Origin: a virus
Taxonomy: Duplodnaviria > Heunggongvirae > Uroviricota > Caudoviricetes
DNA: 64,000 nucleotides
Virus record (IMG/VR): IMGVR_UViG_3300028854_000008
Location: 63,374 to 127,373 of that record
Direction: 5' to 3' (one strand)
Shown here: positions 53,336-62,857 of the stretch, one piece after another
How the letters are laid out: every line of letters begins with the position of its first letter
How positions within the stretch are numbered: the stretch's first letter is position 1
Translations under genes and position numbers: made by a program
The notes under the pieces: generated by a model
What the model saw: the letters and a program-made list of their open reading frames with translations, nothing else
What the model was told of the DNA's origin: nothing
The model's database searches: none

Positions 53336-54661
53336 ATGACCAAGATGAATCAAAATGCGCTGGCAGTAATGGAGACTCTTGAAAATGCAGGGTACGATGC
53401 CTTTTTATGCGGGGGCGCGGTCAGAGATTTGCTTCTTGGCTTGACTCCACACGATTGGGATGTAACTACTTCTGCCCCTGCTGAAGTCGTGGATTCTCTC
53501 TTTCCCAATACAAAGATGGTGGGAGAAAATTTTGGCGTTTCTCTTGTTGAATACAATGGAGAAACATTTGAAGTTGCGCGATTCCGTCGTGATGGAGATT
53601 ATAGCGATAATCGCCGCCCAGATTTTGTGGACTTCACTTTGTCTGCTGAAGAAGATGTTGCTAGAAGAGATTTTACCATGAATGCTTTGCTCATGGATCG
53701 AAACGGAAATGTTTACGATTTTGTTGGTGGACAGACTGATTTGCAGAATGGTTTGCTCCGGGCTGTTGGAAATCCTGAAACTCGTTTCACTGAAGATGCA
53801 TTGCGTTTACTTCGAGCTGTCCGTTTCGCAGCGCGATTTAATCTTCGATTTGATCGGGAAACTCATGAAGCAATAGAAAAGAGGGCTTTTTCTGTTGAAA
53901 CTCTTCCGCCTGATCGTGTTAGCGGAGAACTTGTCAAGATGCTGACTGGTGGCAATGTCAATGTTGCTTTCAAGCTTATGGACAACACTGGATTGCTTCA
54001 GCATGTTTTGCCTGAAGTCAATGCAATGCGTGGTGTGGATCAAAATAGCAAATTTCATCCAGAAGGAGATGTTTTTCAGCATACTCTGCTCATGCTGTCT
54101 AAGCTTCCTGCGAATTGCAGCGTCACTCTTGCCTTGTCTGTCCTTCTTCATGATGTGGCAAAACCAACAACTGCTGTTCGTAACGTAAAGACTGGTGAAA
54201 ATCAGTTTTTTGGCCACGAAACAGTCGGTGCTGAAATGGCTGCAAAGATGCTTCGCAATCTTCGATTTTCAAATGAAGTTGTAGATGCTGTTAGCAGCCT
54301 TGTTTCTCAGCACATGAAGTTTTTCAACGTAACGAAGATGAATGATTCCAAGTTGAAGAGATTCGTTCGTCAGGAAAATTTCAGCGAATTGCTTGAACTG
54401 AATCGTCTTGATAGTCTTTGCAGTAATGGTGATCTCACTGATTTCAATTTTGCTGTTGATTTTCTTGCAAGTGTCACTGAAGAGTCTTTGAATCCTGTTC
54501 GTCTGCTTACTGGAAACGATTTGCAGGCAATGGGGTTGAAGCCTGGCCCGATGTTTAAGACTTTGCTTACTGCACTCGAAAATGCGCAGCTTGACGGGCG
54601 TGTAACAACTCGTGACGAAGCTGTATTTTTCGTTGAATCTTTGACTGGCGGAGACAGGTAA
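53336..54661 (+). CDS. cca: CCA-adding tRNA nucleotidyltransferase with HD domain
   Basis: Pol-beta NTase motif CGGAVRDLLLG..DWD, RRD, HD-domain LLHDVAKP; GC-richer than flanks. Confidence 0.85.
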   Translation: MTKMNQNALAVMETLENAGYDAFLCGGAVRDLLLGLTPHDWDVTTSAPAEVVDSLFPNTKMVGENFGVSLVEYNGETFEVARFRRDGDYSDNRRPDFVDFTLSAEEDVARRDFTMNALLMDRNGNVYDFVGGQTDLQNGLLRAVGNPETRFTEDALRLLRAVRFAARFNLRFDRETHEAIEKRAFSVETLPPDRVSGELVKMLTGGNVNVAFKLMDNTGLLQHVLPEVNAMRGVDQNSKFHPEGDVFQHTLLMLSKLPANCSVTLALSVLLHDVAKPTTAVRNVKTGENQFFGHETVGAEMAAKMLRNLRFSNEVVDAVSSLVSQHMKFFNVTKMNDSKLKRFVRQENFSELLELNRLDSLCSNGDLTDFNFAVDFLASVTEESLNPVRLLTGNDLQAMGLKPGPMFKTLLTALENAQLDGRVTTRDEAVFFVESLTGGDR

Positions 54662-54885
54662 ATCCTGTCTCCGCTTTATTTTGGAGGAATAATGCTAATT
54701 AAAACCAATAAAGATTATTCATACTTCTTGAATGTGTACCAAAACAAGACTGGAAAACATCCCACGTTTGTTGAGAGAACTGAAGCATTTTTCTGTGCAA
54801 AGGACGGGACTTTGCCAAATTGGATGTGGTGGTAATATATGAGCCATCACTTACGTTGAGTTCAAAACAGTTAAAAGGAGAAACA

Positions 54886-55098
54886 ATGCTTTATCTTGTA
54901 ATAATTTATGTATTCATCGGTTTTACTGTGGCTGGACTAGCAACTGATTTGACTATTAAAACTACGTTGGATCAAAAGCCTGAACTGACAGAATTAGTTC
55001 AAAAATCCATTTTTATATATAGATCAGTTTTAATTTTGTTTTTTGTAGTTGGTTGGGGGCCAATTCTCATTACATATTTTATTAAAAATAAACAATAA
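54886..55098 (+). CDS. small membrane protein
   Basis: ATG after AAAGGAGAAACA; 2 TM. Confidence 0.45.
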   Translation: MLYLVIIYVFIGFTVAGLATDLTIKTTLDQKPELTELVQKSIFIYRSVLILFFVVGWGPILITYFIKNKQ

Positions 55099-55145
55099 TT
55101 TGGGATATCATTGACTTTCACGATAAATACTGATACACTGTTAGT

Positions 55146-55427
55146 ATGAGGTGGAAAATGAATTGGATTGACGCTATTACCATTGAAAGCAATAAAAAAA
55201 TTCGAGAAGCTGGCAAGCATGTTGTGGTAATTCCTGCTCAAAATGTCTCTGCTCCAATCGATACATTCGATGTATTTGACGGAAATACCTGCCAATTTAT
55301 TGCCACTAATGTTTCAGAAAAGACCGCAAGCGAATTTGCATTAATTTGGAATGGATTGATTGATAATGGAGAAAGTGTGGAAAATATTAGTCGAATCAAT
55401 TTGGGATGGCTGACTGGAGTGAAGTAA
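55146..55427 (+). CDS. hypothetical protein
   Basis: ORF track. Confidence 0.45.
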   Translation: MRWKMNWIDAITIESNKKIREAGKHVVVIPAQNVSAPIDTFDVFDGNTCQFIATNVSEKTASEFALIWNGLIDNGESVENISRINLGWLTGVK

Positions 55428-55610
55428 ATGTATATTCCAGAAGAGATGTTTGCAATTCGTTCACACGCTCCAAACCGAAAATTTGAAATTTTTGGCACAA
55501 TAGTTTGTTTAACTTCTTCTTCTGAAATAGGTAGTATAATTGAAACTTTTAAATTTTCATCTAATCAAGAAGCTAAAGATGCAGTACTTTTGGTGAAATT
55601 ATCAACATGA
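55428..55610 (+). CDS. small protein, divergent member of EAKDFILIEKL-tail family
   Basis: ends NQEAKDAVLLVKLST. Confidence 0.4.
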   Translation: MYIPEEMFAIRSHAPNRKFEIFGTIVCLTSSSEIGSIIETFKFSSNQEAKDAVLLVKLST

Positions 55611-55825
55611 AAATTGATCTACAAGACGATTGTGATTTTCACAATATTGATTTTCATATCGGTAACGCTTGGAGAAGAAAGTTTTCTGTTGACTTATATA
55701 GAAGTTTTTGGTGTGTTAAAGTAACACATATTTCACGAACATTCCTTGCAACTAATTCGTATGTAAAATGTTCTTCAAAACAAGAAGCAACATTATTGGC
55801 ATTAGAATGCTCTTTATCAGAATAG
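55607..55825 (+). CDS. small protein (tail-family-like)
   Basis: ATGA overlap; ends KQEATLLALECSLSE. Confidence 0.4.
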   Translation: MKIDLQDDCDFHNIDFHIGNAWRRKFSVDLYRSFWCVKVTHISRTFLATNSYVKCSSKQEATLLALECSLSE

Positions 55826-55834
55826 AAAGGTAAT

Positions 55835-56029
55835 ATGGAGAAGAAAGTAACGAAAGATTTCTCATCAACAAAAGAAGCATTGGATTTTATCACTGCTCTG
55901 GAAAACCAAAAAATTAATGGTTTACTAAATTGTTTCTTGAACAAGGACAAAACATATAATTGGCTTGTAACATATATCCCAAAAACAACAGTAAAGGAAA
56001 AGAAAAATGAAGATCGAAAGATTGCTTGA
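55835..56029 (+). CDS. hypothetical small protein
   Basis: ORF track. Confidence 0.4.
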   Translation: MEKKVTKDFSSTKEALDFITALENQKINGLLNCFLNKDKTYNWLVTYIPKTTVKEKKNEDRKIA

Positions 56030-56975
56030 AGTTCCAACTGGCCATATTTGTATTGCTCAAGGTAGTGAAGGGAAAATTGAATTTTTATCTCTCGGAGATT
56101 ATGGGCAAGATGTAAATTTGAATCAACACAAAGCTGTTGCTCACCAAGAAATTATGCCTTTAACAGAAAAATGGGTAATTACAGTGTCAACGCAATTTGG
56201 GTGCAGTATGGGATGTAGTTTTTGCGATTGCCCCAAAGTTGGACCTGGAAAGAATGCGTCTTTTTACGATCTCACTGGTCAAATTTTGTGTGCGCTAAAA
56301 CTTCATCCAGAAATTACTGGCACAAAGAGATTGAATGTTCACTTCGCCAGAATGGGAGAACCTACTTGGAATCCTAACGTCCTTGATTGTGGAAAGTGGC
56401 TCCATACTCACATGAACGACACTTTTCATATTCATCCAGTAGTGTCAACAATGATGCCGCGTAGGAATATCTGGTTGAAGACATTCATCCACAACTGGAT
56501 GAGGATGAAGAACCGTTTGTACAACGGAAATGCAGGACTTCAACTGTCGATCAACTCAACGAGTAAGAGTGAGCGCGACAAGATGTTTCATAACAACGCT
56601 TGCACGTTTGAAGAGATCGCAAGGATTATGGAAGGAATTATTCCTGTAGGAAGAAAGATCACTCTCAATTTCGCTGTTGCCGGTTACGAGATTGATCCAA
56701 CCGTGCTATTGAACTACTTCGATCCATCGCTTTACGTGTGCAAGCTAACTCCGATGCATAAGACGCACACTGCTCTTGATAACGGGATTCAAACGGAAGG
56801 TGATTACACTGACTTCCATCCGTACATCCACCACGAGGATGCTTTGAAGAAGGCAGGGTATGATGTGCTCACTTTCATCGCTTCCGTAGAAGAGGATTTA
56901 GGTAGGATCACTTGTGGAAATGCCATTTTAAGTGGAACGCTTCCGCTGGTTGATTATAAAGAGACTTATTTATGA
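56007..56975 (+). CDS. RlmN/Cfr-family radical SAM RNA methyltransferase
   Basis: STQFGCSMGCSFCDC (CxxxCxxC), HFARMGEP, LQLSINSTSKSERDKM, KLTPMH collinear with RlmN blocks. Confidence 0.65.
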   Translation: MKIERLLEVPTGHICIAQGSEGKIEFLSLGDYGQDVNLNQHKAVAHQEIMPLTEKWVITVSTQFGCSMGCSFCDCPKVGPGKNASFYDLTGQILCALKLHPEITGTKRLNVHFARMGEPTWNPNVLDCGKWLHTHMNDTFHIHPVVSTMMPRRNIWLKTFIHNWMRMKNRLYNGNAGLQLSINSTSKSERDKMFHNNACTFEEIARIMEGIIPVGRKITLNFAVAGYEIDPTVLLNYFDPSLYVCKLTPMHKTHTALDNGIQTEGDYTDFHPYIHHEDALKKAGYDVLTFIASVEEDLGRITCGNAILSGTLPLVDYKETYL

Positions 56976-57604
56976 GTAACTTTGATAAACTGAAGAAACA
57001 ATTAGATAAAGCAGAGGAAAATGCTTCTATTAAACGTGAAGAATTTTATGGTTTAATCACAGAAGTATTGTCTGTATTTAATTTGAATAATGATCATTAC
57101 GACGATGTATGGTCAAATGAAACTCATGTAATTGTGAACTATAGCTGGAGGGCTGCTGGATGTAACTGCTCAGATTCTATTACTCTCCCAAAGTCAATTT
57201 TTGATGCTGCTGATCCTGTTGCCGTCGCAAAAATTTATAAAAATGATCTTGATAATAGCAAGAAAAAGTCTGAACGTTCAATAAAATTAGAAGAATTTAA
57301 TGCTTTAAAGAAAGAACTTGGTGTAAAAATAATGAAAGCAACTCATCCAATACAACCATTAGTTAGCGACAAAGTTGGAACAACCAGATTTAAAGAAAAT
57401 GCTATTGTTAGCTATCTTATTGACATTGCAACACAAAAAGGCATAGCAGACATGAATTCTCTGGCTATTATGAATTTCTCAAATGAAGATCGTGAGCAAT
57501 TTGCTCAACTGATTGGATATTCATTGGACGGATTTGGTGAATTATCATATGTAAGTGATGAGACATATGATTTGGCTGCAAAGCAAAAAGTTTTTAAGGA
57601 ATAA
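56972..57604 (+). CDS. hypothetical protein
   Basis: ATGA overlap with upstream gene. Confidence 0.5.
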   Translation: MSNFDKLKKQLDKAEENASIKREEFYGLITEVLSVFNLNNDHYDDVWSNETHVIVNYSWRAAGCNCSDSITLPKSIFDAADPVAVAKIYKNDLDNSKKKSERSIKLEEFNALKKELGVKIMKATHPIQPLVSDKVGTTRFKENAIVSYLIDIATQKGIADMNSLAIMNFSNEDREQFAQLIGYSLDGFGELSYVSDETYDLAAKQKVFKE

Positions 57605-57639
57605 ATACAAGTGTTAAATAACGCTCGTGAAAGGACAGT

Positions 57640-57700
57640 ATAAAATCAACGGACAACACACCGGTTCAACTCCGGTCAGGTCCACCAAATTTATGATTCA
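57640..57700 (+). ncRNA. tRNA-like 3' half (T-arm ACCGG-TTCAACT-CCGGT + acceptor strand CAGGTCC + A + CCA); possible permuted tRNA/tmRNA-like piece
   Basis: Canonical T-arm and encoded CCA; complementary acceptor strand GGGCCTG lies 28 nt downstream, not upstream. Confidence 0.3.
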
Positions 57701-58035
57701 ATGTTTTATTTGGGCCTGTCATGGTATCGATTGACGTGTGGTTGGACTACTGACGAGCCGACTGGTGTGGCCATCGTAAATGGACACATAAACAATAATT
57801 GCTACCTCTGGTATCAATGGCAGTGCAAAGATTTTCACGTATTCTGTGAATCTCCGCAACACTGAGCTAGTAAACGCCTAATAAGCTTTACTCCGAGGAG
57901 TTGTTCCGTCCTTGTAAAAGAAACGGAACTATAAAATTTCCTTTAACAACTCAGTAGATCACTGCATATAGGACAATTTTATTTTGCATCTAGAAAATAA
58001 TGTAGATATTTCATTCTTATAGATAAGTTATCATC

Positions 58036-58218
58036 ATGAAAAAATTAATATATAAAATTCGTTTTGATCTTGGTTTCCTTTATCCATATGTTGTATATAA
58101 CTTTTTAGAAGGAACCACTATGGTTGATGACTTTCCTGAGCATGTGGAACATATAGAATTTTTTAAAACTGAGCAAGAAGCCAAAGATTTTATTCTAATA
58201 GAAAAGTTGGCAGCATGA
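58036..58218 (+). CDS. small protein 1 of tandem array, tail FKTEQEAKDFILIEKLAA
   Basis: ORF track; ATGA-coupled array. Confidence 0.5.
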   Translation: MKKLIYKIRFDLGFLYPYVVYNFLEGTTMVDDFPEHVEHIEFFKTEQEAKDFILIEKLAA

Positions 58219-58391
58219 AAATAATATATACAATCGTCCCTCCATTTGAAGAAGAAATGAAATGGATGGTTATGAAAAGATGGATATCATCACAGGATGC
58301 ATGTGTAGATTATAAAATACCAAGATTTTACAGATTTGAATCTGAGCAAGAAGCTGAAAATTTCATTTTATTAGAAAAGTTAGCATCATGA
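58215..58391 (+). CDS. small protein 2 of array, tail FESEQEAENFILLEKLAS
   Basis: ATG overlapping previous TGA. Confidence 0.45.
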   Translation: MKIIYTIVPPFEEEMKWMVMKRWISSQDACVDYKIPRFYRFESEQEAENFILLEKLAS

Positions 58392-58579
58392 AATACTCAT
58401 ATCGTATAGATCATATTAAATATAGAACAATCTTTCAATGGTCAGTTAGAAAATATTCAAATTATTCTCATCCAAACAATAACAATTCGTGGGCGTGGAA
58501 TTTATTATCAGAAAGTTTTTATTTTGAAACTGAGCAAGAAGCCAAAGATTTTGTTCTAATAGAGAAATTATCATCATGA
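58388..58579 (+). CDS. small protein 3 of array, tail FETEQEAKDFVLIEKLSS
   Basis: ORF track. Confidence 0.5.
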   Translation: MKYSYRIDHIKYRTIFQWSVRKYSNYSHPNNNNSWAWNLLSESFYFETEQEAKDFVLIEKLSS

Positions 58580-58749
58580 AAATAACATATGAGCTACTTG
58601 AATTAGATAATGGATGGGGAGTAGCTGCGCGGCAGCAAAAAACTCCGCAAGATGCATTTCTTCGTCAAGAGGCAAGAACAAATATGTTTTGGTTTTCAAA
58701 TAGAAAAGAAGCAGAAGATTTCATTTTAATAGAAAAGTTGGCAGAATGA
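58576..58749 (+). CDS. small protein 4 of array, tail SNRKEAEDFILIEKLAE
   Basis: ATGA overlap. Confidence 0.45.
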   Translation: MKITYELLELDNGWGVAARQQKTPQDAFLRQEARTNMFWFSNRKEAEDFILIEKLAE

Positions 58750-58931
58750 AAAAATATACAATCATCCCTCCACAGGAATACAATGATAAATGGATAGTCC
58801 GGGAAAGACTATATGTTGGAGATACTGAATGTGTGATTAATACCATTGAACTTAAAATTCCTAAAGTTTATATATTTGATTCTAAGAAAGAAGCAGAAGA
58901 TTTCATTTTAATAGAAAAATTATCATCATGA
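58746..58931 (+). CDS. small protein 5 of array, tail FDSKKEAEDFILIEKLSS
   Basis: ORF track. Confidence 0.5.
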   Translation: MKKYTIIPPQEYNDKWIVRERLYVGDTECVINTIELKIPKVYIFDSKKEAEDFILIEKLSS

Positions 58932-59068
58932 AACGAAAATATAATCTTTATCATCTTACAAAATGGTATGTAGAAGTATGGGCTGAAAGTTTATGCCCTC
59001 TTTTATATTCATTTGATTCTAAGAAAGAAGCAGAAGATTTCATTTTAATAGAAAAATTATCATCATGA
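58928..59068 (+). CDS. small protein 6 of array (46 aa), tail FDSKKEAEDFILIEKLSS; 3' 54 nt identical to gene 5
   Basis: ATGA overlap; recent partial duplication. Confidence 0.4.
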   Translation: MKRKYNLYHLTKWYVEVWAESLCPLLYSFDSKKEAEDFILIEKLSS

Positions 59069-59092
59069 AACTAAGAAAGAGGCAGAAAAATT

Positions 59093-59350
59093 ATGTCAAT
59101 GAAAATTTTATGCACGCCAACAAAATCAGCGAGTGATTTTGGAGAATATAATCCAATCAGAAAATGGAAAATTGAACCAAAAATTTATGAACCAGAAAAA
59201 TTTCTTTACAAAACATGGTTTGAATTAAATAGCGAGGATACTAAAAGAAACTATGGTGTTTCATTCTTACTGGGAACATTATTTACAGCAGAATTCACCT
59301 CCAAAAAAGAAGCTGAAATTTTTTCAGTAATAGATAAACTCATAAGTTGA
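59093..59350 (+). CDS. small protein 7 of array, divergent tail TSKKEAEIFSVIDKLIS
   Basis: ORF track; GAAAGAGGCAGAAAAATT SD. Confidence 0.5.
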   Translation: MSMKILCTPTKSASDFGEYNPIRKWKIEPKIYEPEKFLYKTWFELNSEDTKRNYGVSFLLGTLFTAEFTSKKEAEIFSVIDKLIS

Positions 59351-59361
59351 TAAATACTAAT

Positions 59362-60777
59362 ATGAGATTCAATGAACTATTAACGGAATACAATTCAAGT
59401 CCATCAAATTTGATAAATTTAGCATCTCAAATAGATGCTAGGGTTGGAATTGAATTTGAAATGATAGTTCCAGGAATTTTGAAGAAACTTGTAAAAGAAC
59501 GCGATAGTGATGCTGATGTTTATTGTACATCAATTGATCAAATTGTAGATTTCTTTGATCATGATCAAATAAATTCGCCTCATGATTTGCGATATTTACG
59601 AACTAGCCTTGAAACAAATTTTAGAGAATATCTTGAGAATAAAGCTGACAAAAACTGGGATAAAGAAGAAGATATTGTTCTTCATAAATATGCTGAAGAA
59701 CAAACTGGAGAAGACGAAGAATGCGAGGAGTTATATAACGATCTTCTTCGTGGAAAAAGCAGAGAGTTTTTTAATATTAAAGAAGATTGGATTCAAGAGT
59801 GGATTCTAGATAATAAATATTCTCTGGAATCTGATTGGTTGGACGATGCTGGCTATGTAACTATGGAAGAAGTAAACAGAGAACATGATATTGACTGGCC
59901 ATACTTTCTTGAAGTTAATTCAGGAGGAGATTTGGATTTAGATGATTTGGCTGATGAATTTGAATATGTAATTCAAAATAAAGTATCAGTCAATAATGAA
60001 TATCATAATCAAACCAAAAGATTGGATAGTTGGTATCTAGAGCCTGATGAAAGTATTATTCCCAGCGGGAATGATTCAACTGGCTTGGAATTTGTATCTC
60101 CTCCAATGCCATTTTTAGAAATGGTAGTTTCTATTAACAAAATTATTTCATGGGCAACGAGCAATAACTATTATACTAATAAATCTACTGGACTGCATGT
60201 TAACGTAAGTATAAAAAATGGTAAATTGCTCAACATAGATTATGTCAAATTAGTTCTATTGCTTGGTGATAATTATATTCTAGATAAATTTGGCAGAGGA
60301 GCAAATAGCTACTGTAGACCAGCATTGGGAAAGATTAATGCTGCGATTAAGCTTCATCCAGAAATGATTAGAAATTATTTAATGCAAATGAAACAACAAT
60401 TAAATAATTTTTCTATGAAACTTATAACAACTACAGACAAGTACACCAGCATCAATTTAAAAAGCGGTTATGTTGAATTTAGAAGTCCAGGCGGAAATTG
60501 GTTAAAAGAAGATATTACGGTGCTTCAATCAACCATTGCCAGATTTATTGTTGCATTAGATGCTGCATGTGATCCCACTAAATATCAAAAAGAATACGCA
60601 ACAAAATTATATAAATTAATTCAAGGATCTACACCTACTGATGAAAACTCTGATACTATTTCATATTTTTCTCAGTACGCTGCTGGAAAATTAAGCAAAG
60701 AAGAATTAGTATCAATCATAAAACAAATACAATCTAATAGAAATTATACCAAATATAAACCTACAATAGAAAGTTGA
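59362..60777 (+). CDS. hypothetical large acidic protein
   Basis: ATG in frame within ORF 59347..60777. Confidence 0.55.
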   Translation: MRFNELLTEYNSSPSNLINLASQIDARVGIEFEMIVPGILKKLVKERDSDADVYCTSIDQIVDFFDHDQINSPHDLRYLRTSLETNFREYLENKADKNWDKEEDIVLHKYAEEQTGEDEECEELYNDLLRGKSREFFNIKEDWIQEWILDNKYSLESDWLDDAGYVTMEEVNREHDIDWPYFLEVNSGGDLDLDDLADEFEYVIQNKVSVNNEYHNQTKRLDSWYLEPDESIIPSGNDSTGLEFVSPPMPFLEMVVSINKIISWATSNNYYTNKSTGLHVNVSIKNGKLLNIDYVKLVLLLGDNYILDKFGRGANSYCRPALGKINAAIKLHPEMIRNYLMQMKQQLNNFSMKLITTTDKYTSINLKSGYVEFRSPGGNWLKEDITVLQSTIARFIVALDAACDPTKYQKEYATKLYKLIQGSTPTDENSDTISYFSQYAAGKLSKEELVSIIKQIQSNRNYTKYKPTIES

Positions 60778-60782
60778 AATAC

Positions 60783-61358
60783 ATGTCGCAAAAATTATCA
60801 TCCACTAAAATCCAATATATGGATTTAGAAATGCAATGTTGGGAAGATGGAAATTGCCCCATAGATCAAACAAATCATATAATTCAAATTGGATTAGTTG
60901 AAGTTGATGCAACTGACCTAGTGATAATTCGTCAAGAAAATTATTATATCAGACCAAAAAATAAAAATTTTGATATTAGTAATTATTGTACAAATCTTAC
61001 TGGTATTACCAAAGAAAAAATTATTTCAGAAGGACGAAGATTTTCGGATGTAATGCAGACGATAAAAAATGAATTCAGCCCCAGGAATAAAGTATCATAT
61101 TCTTGGGGATCAGACAATGATGCAATCATAAGTCATTGTAAAGATTATAACTGTTATAATCCATGGCAAAATACAGGAATTTGGGATTTAGGAATTATAT
61201 TTCAAAGTACATTCTTATTGAAACGAAAACTTGCTTTGGGAAAAGCATTGGAATTTTTAAATGTGCCTTTTAATGGCACTCCTCATAATGCTGTTTGGGA
61301 TGCTGCTTCATTGGCTGATTTGCACATAGAAATGATGAAGAGATTGAGAGAGAAATAA
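60783..61358 (+). CDS. DEDDh 3'-5' exonuclease (DnaQ/ERI-1/KapD-like)
   Basis: Exo I YMDLEMQCWE (D-x-E), central D, Exo III HNAVWDAASLADL (H-x4-D). Confidence 0.6.
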   Translation: MSQKLSSTKIQYMDLEMQCWEDGNCPIDQTNHIIQIGLVEVDATDLVIIRQENYYIRPKNKNFDISNYCTNLTGITKEKIISEGRRFSDVMQTIKNEFSPRNKVSYSWGSDNDAIISHCKDYNCYNPWQNTGIWDLGIIFQSTFLLKRKLALGKALEFLNVPFNGTPHNAVWDAASLADLHIEMMKRLREK

Positions 61359-61452
61359 TGATAGAAGATATAGACAGTATTATTCCAATGGAAGCAACAA
61401 CAGAAGAAGATGCATTTCTTTGGTATCTTAATGGAGAGTTGGCGGATAAAAA

Positions 61453-61893
61453 ATGAAAATAGAATTATATCATTCCGAACTTGCTACTTTATTAAAAGCA
61501 TTGAGTCCATTTACTAATCCACAAGAATGGGAAAGCGAAGAATTCGAGAATATTAATAATATTCTAAAAGAAAAAATTGCTGATCCTTTTATTAGAAGTT
61601 GTGCTTCTGGACACGCTAAAATTTTTTATCCTGGTGAATGGAATATTTCTACAATAATTGATACAGTACGAGAAAGAGAATATTTTAATATTTTGATTGT
61701 TGGTGATGAATATAAATATAACGAAATATATAATATCTGCAACTCAGTTGATAATCCACATATAAAAATCGCAAATAAAACAAGAAATTTTATTGATTTT
61801 TATTCAGGGCCAATGTGCCATTTTTTAAATTGTAAAGATGAAAATATTGAAAATAAAATACGAGGTACGAGATACGATTGTATGTTTTTATAA
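61453..61893 (+). CDS. hypothetical protein
   Basis: ORF track. Confidence 0.45.
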   Translation: MKIELYHSELATLLKALSPFTNPQEWESEEFENINNILKEKIADPFIRSCASGHAKIFYPGEWNISTIIDTVREREYFNILIVGDEYKYNEIYNICNSVDNPHIKIANKTRNFIDFYSGPMCHFLNCKDENIENKIRGTRYDCMFL

Positions 61894-61938
61894 TTGACAT
61901 TATGAAAATTTATATGTATGATAAATTAAGAGGAATAA

Positions 61939-62490
61939 ATGAATATTATATATAAAGAAATTGAATTTGATTATGGACATAGAGTTGCACTACATGAAAC
62001 TTTTGACGGCAAGCCAGGAAAATGTAGTTCATGTCATGGCCACAGAGGGAAAGTGATTGCTTATCTTTCTGGAAAATTATTTGAGAGTGGCCCCCAAACT
62101 CAAATGATTTTTGATTATGGTTTTCTAAAAAATTTACTTGTTGAAAATATTGATGCTCATTGCGATCATGCTATGATATTGTCGTTTAAAGATGAAAAAT
62201 TTATGGGAATGGCATATAGTGATCGATTGACTAAAGAAATTTATATAGATTGGCATAATAATATCAAAAAATCAATTAAAATTGATAGTTTTTGGTTTGG
62301 TCAAACAAATTTTGGAAAAACATATATCATAGCAGATTACCCAACAGCAGAATCTTTGGCCAAACATTTTTTTGAAATTTTAAGACCAAAAATTTTAGTT
62401 GCTACAAACAATCAAGCACGACTAGATTCTATAGTATTCAAAGAAACTCCTACTTCTGGCGCTGAATACAAAGGAAATTATGTGGATTAA
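61939..62490 (+). CDS. 6-pyruvoyl-tetrahydropterin synthase / QueD-like protein
   Basis: Zinc motif KCSSCHGHRG (Cx2C-HGH) and EIEFDYGHRV N-terminus typical of PTPS/QueD fold. Confidence 0.5.
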   Translation: MNIIYKEIEFDYGHRVALHETFDGKPGKCSSCHGHRGKVIAYLSGKLFESGPQTQMIFDYGFLKNLLVENIDAHCDHAMILSFKDEKFMGMAYSDRLTKEIYIDWHNNIKKSIKIDSFWFGQTNFGKTYIIADYPTAESLAKHFFEILRPKILVATNNQARLDSIVFKETPTSGAEYKGNYVD

Positions 62491-62683
62491 TCCAACAAAT
62501 GTGACAGGTCCTATTGAATATCACTATGATCGTCGAGAGAAAATTCCTGAAGAACATAGATGCAAACAGTGCGATGGCCTTGGTATATATCGATGGCGAC
62601 ATAGTTGTTTTGTGACAGATGAAGGAGATTGGAAAGAATGTTGGTCTTGTAACGGAAGTGGAATAAAAACTGTACGTTTTTAG
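62480..62683 (+). CDS. small zinc-ribbon protein
   Basis: CKQCDG..., CWSCNGSG Cys pairs. Confidence 0.4.
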   Translation: MWINPTNVTGPIEYHYDRREKIPEEHRCKQCDGLGIYRWRHSCFVTDEGDWKECWSCNGSGIKTVRF

Positions 62684-62799
62684 TTGGCATTTCATGTTTA
62701 TCATGATACTATTACTTCAGTGAGTAAATAAACCACTCATAGATATGCATATAACGCCAAAATCCAGAGCATTTGCTCTGGATTTTCGACATTTGGTTG

Positions 62800-62857
62800 A
62801 TTCTAAAGAACTTATTTTCTTATTGACAAATAAATTTATTTAGGATATTCTTTATAT
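62800..62857 (+). promoter_or_regulatory. conserved promoter element copy
   Basis: GAACTTATTTTCTTATTGACAAATAAATTTATTTAGGATATTCTTTATAT. Confidence 0.6.
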
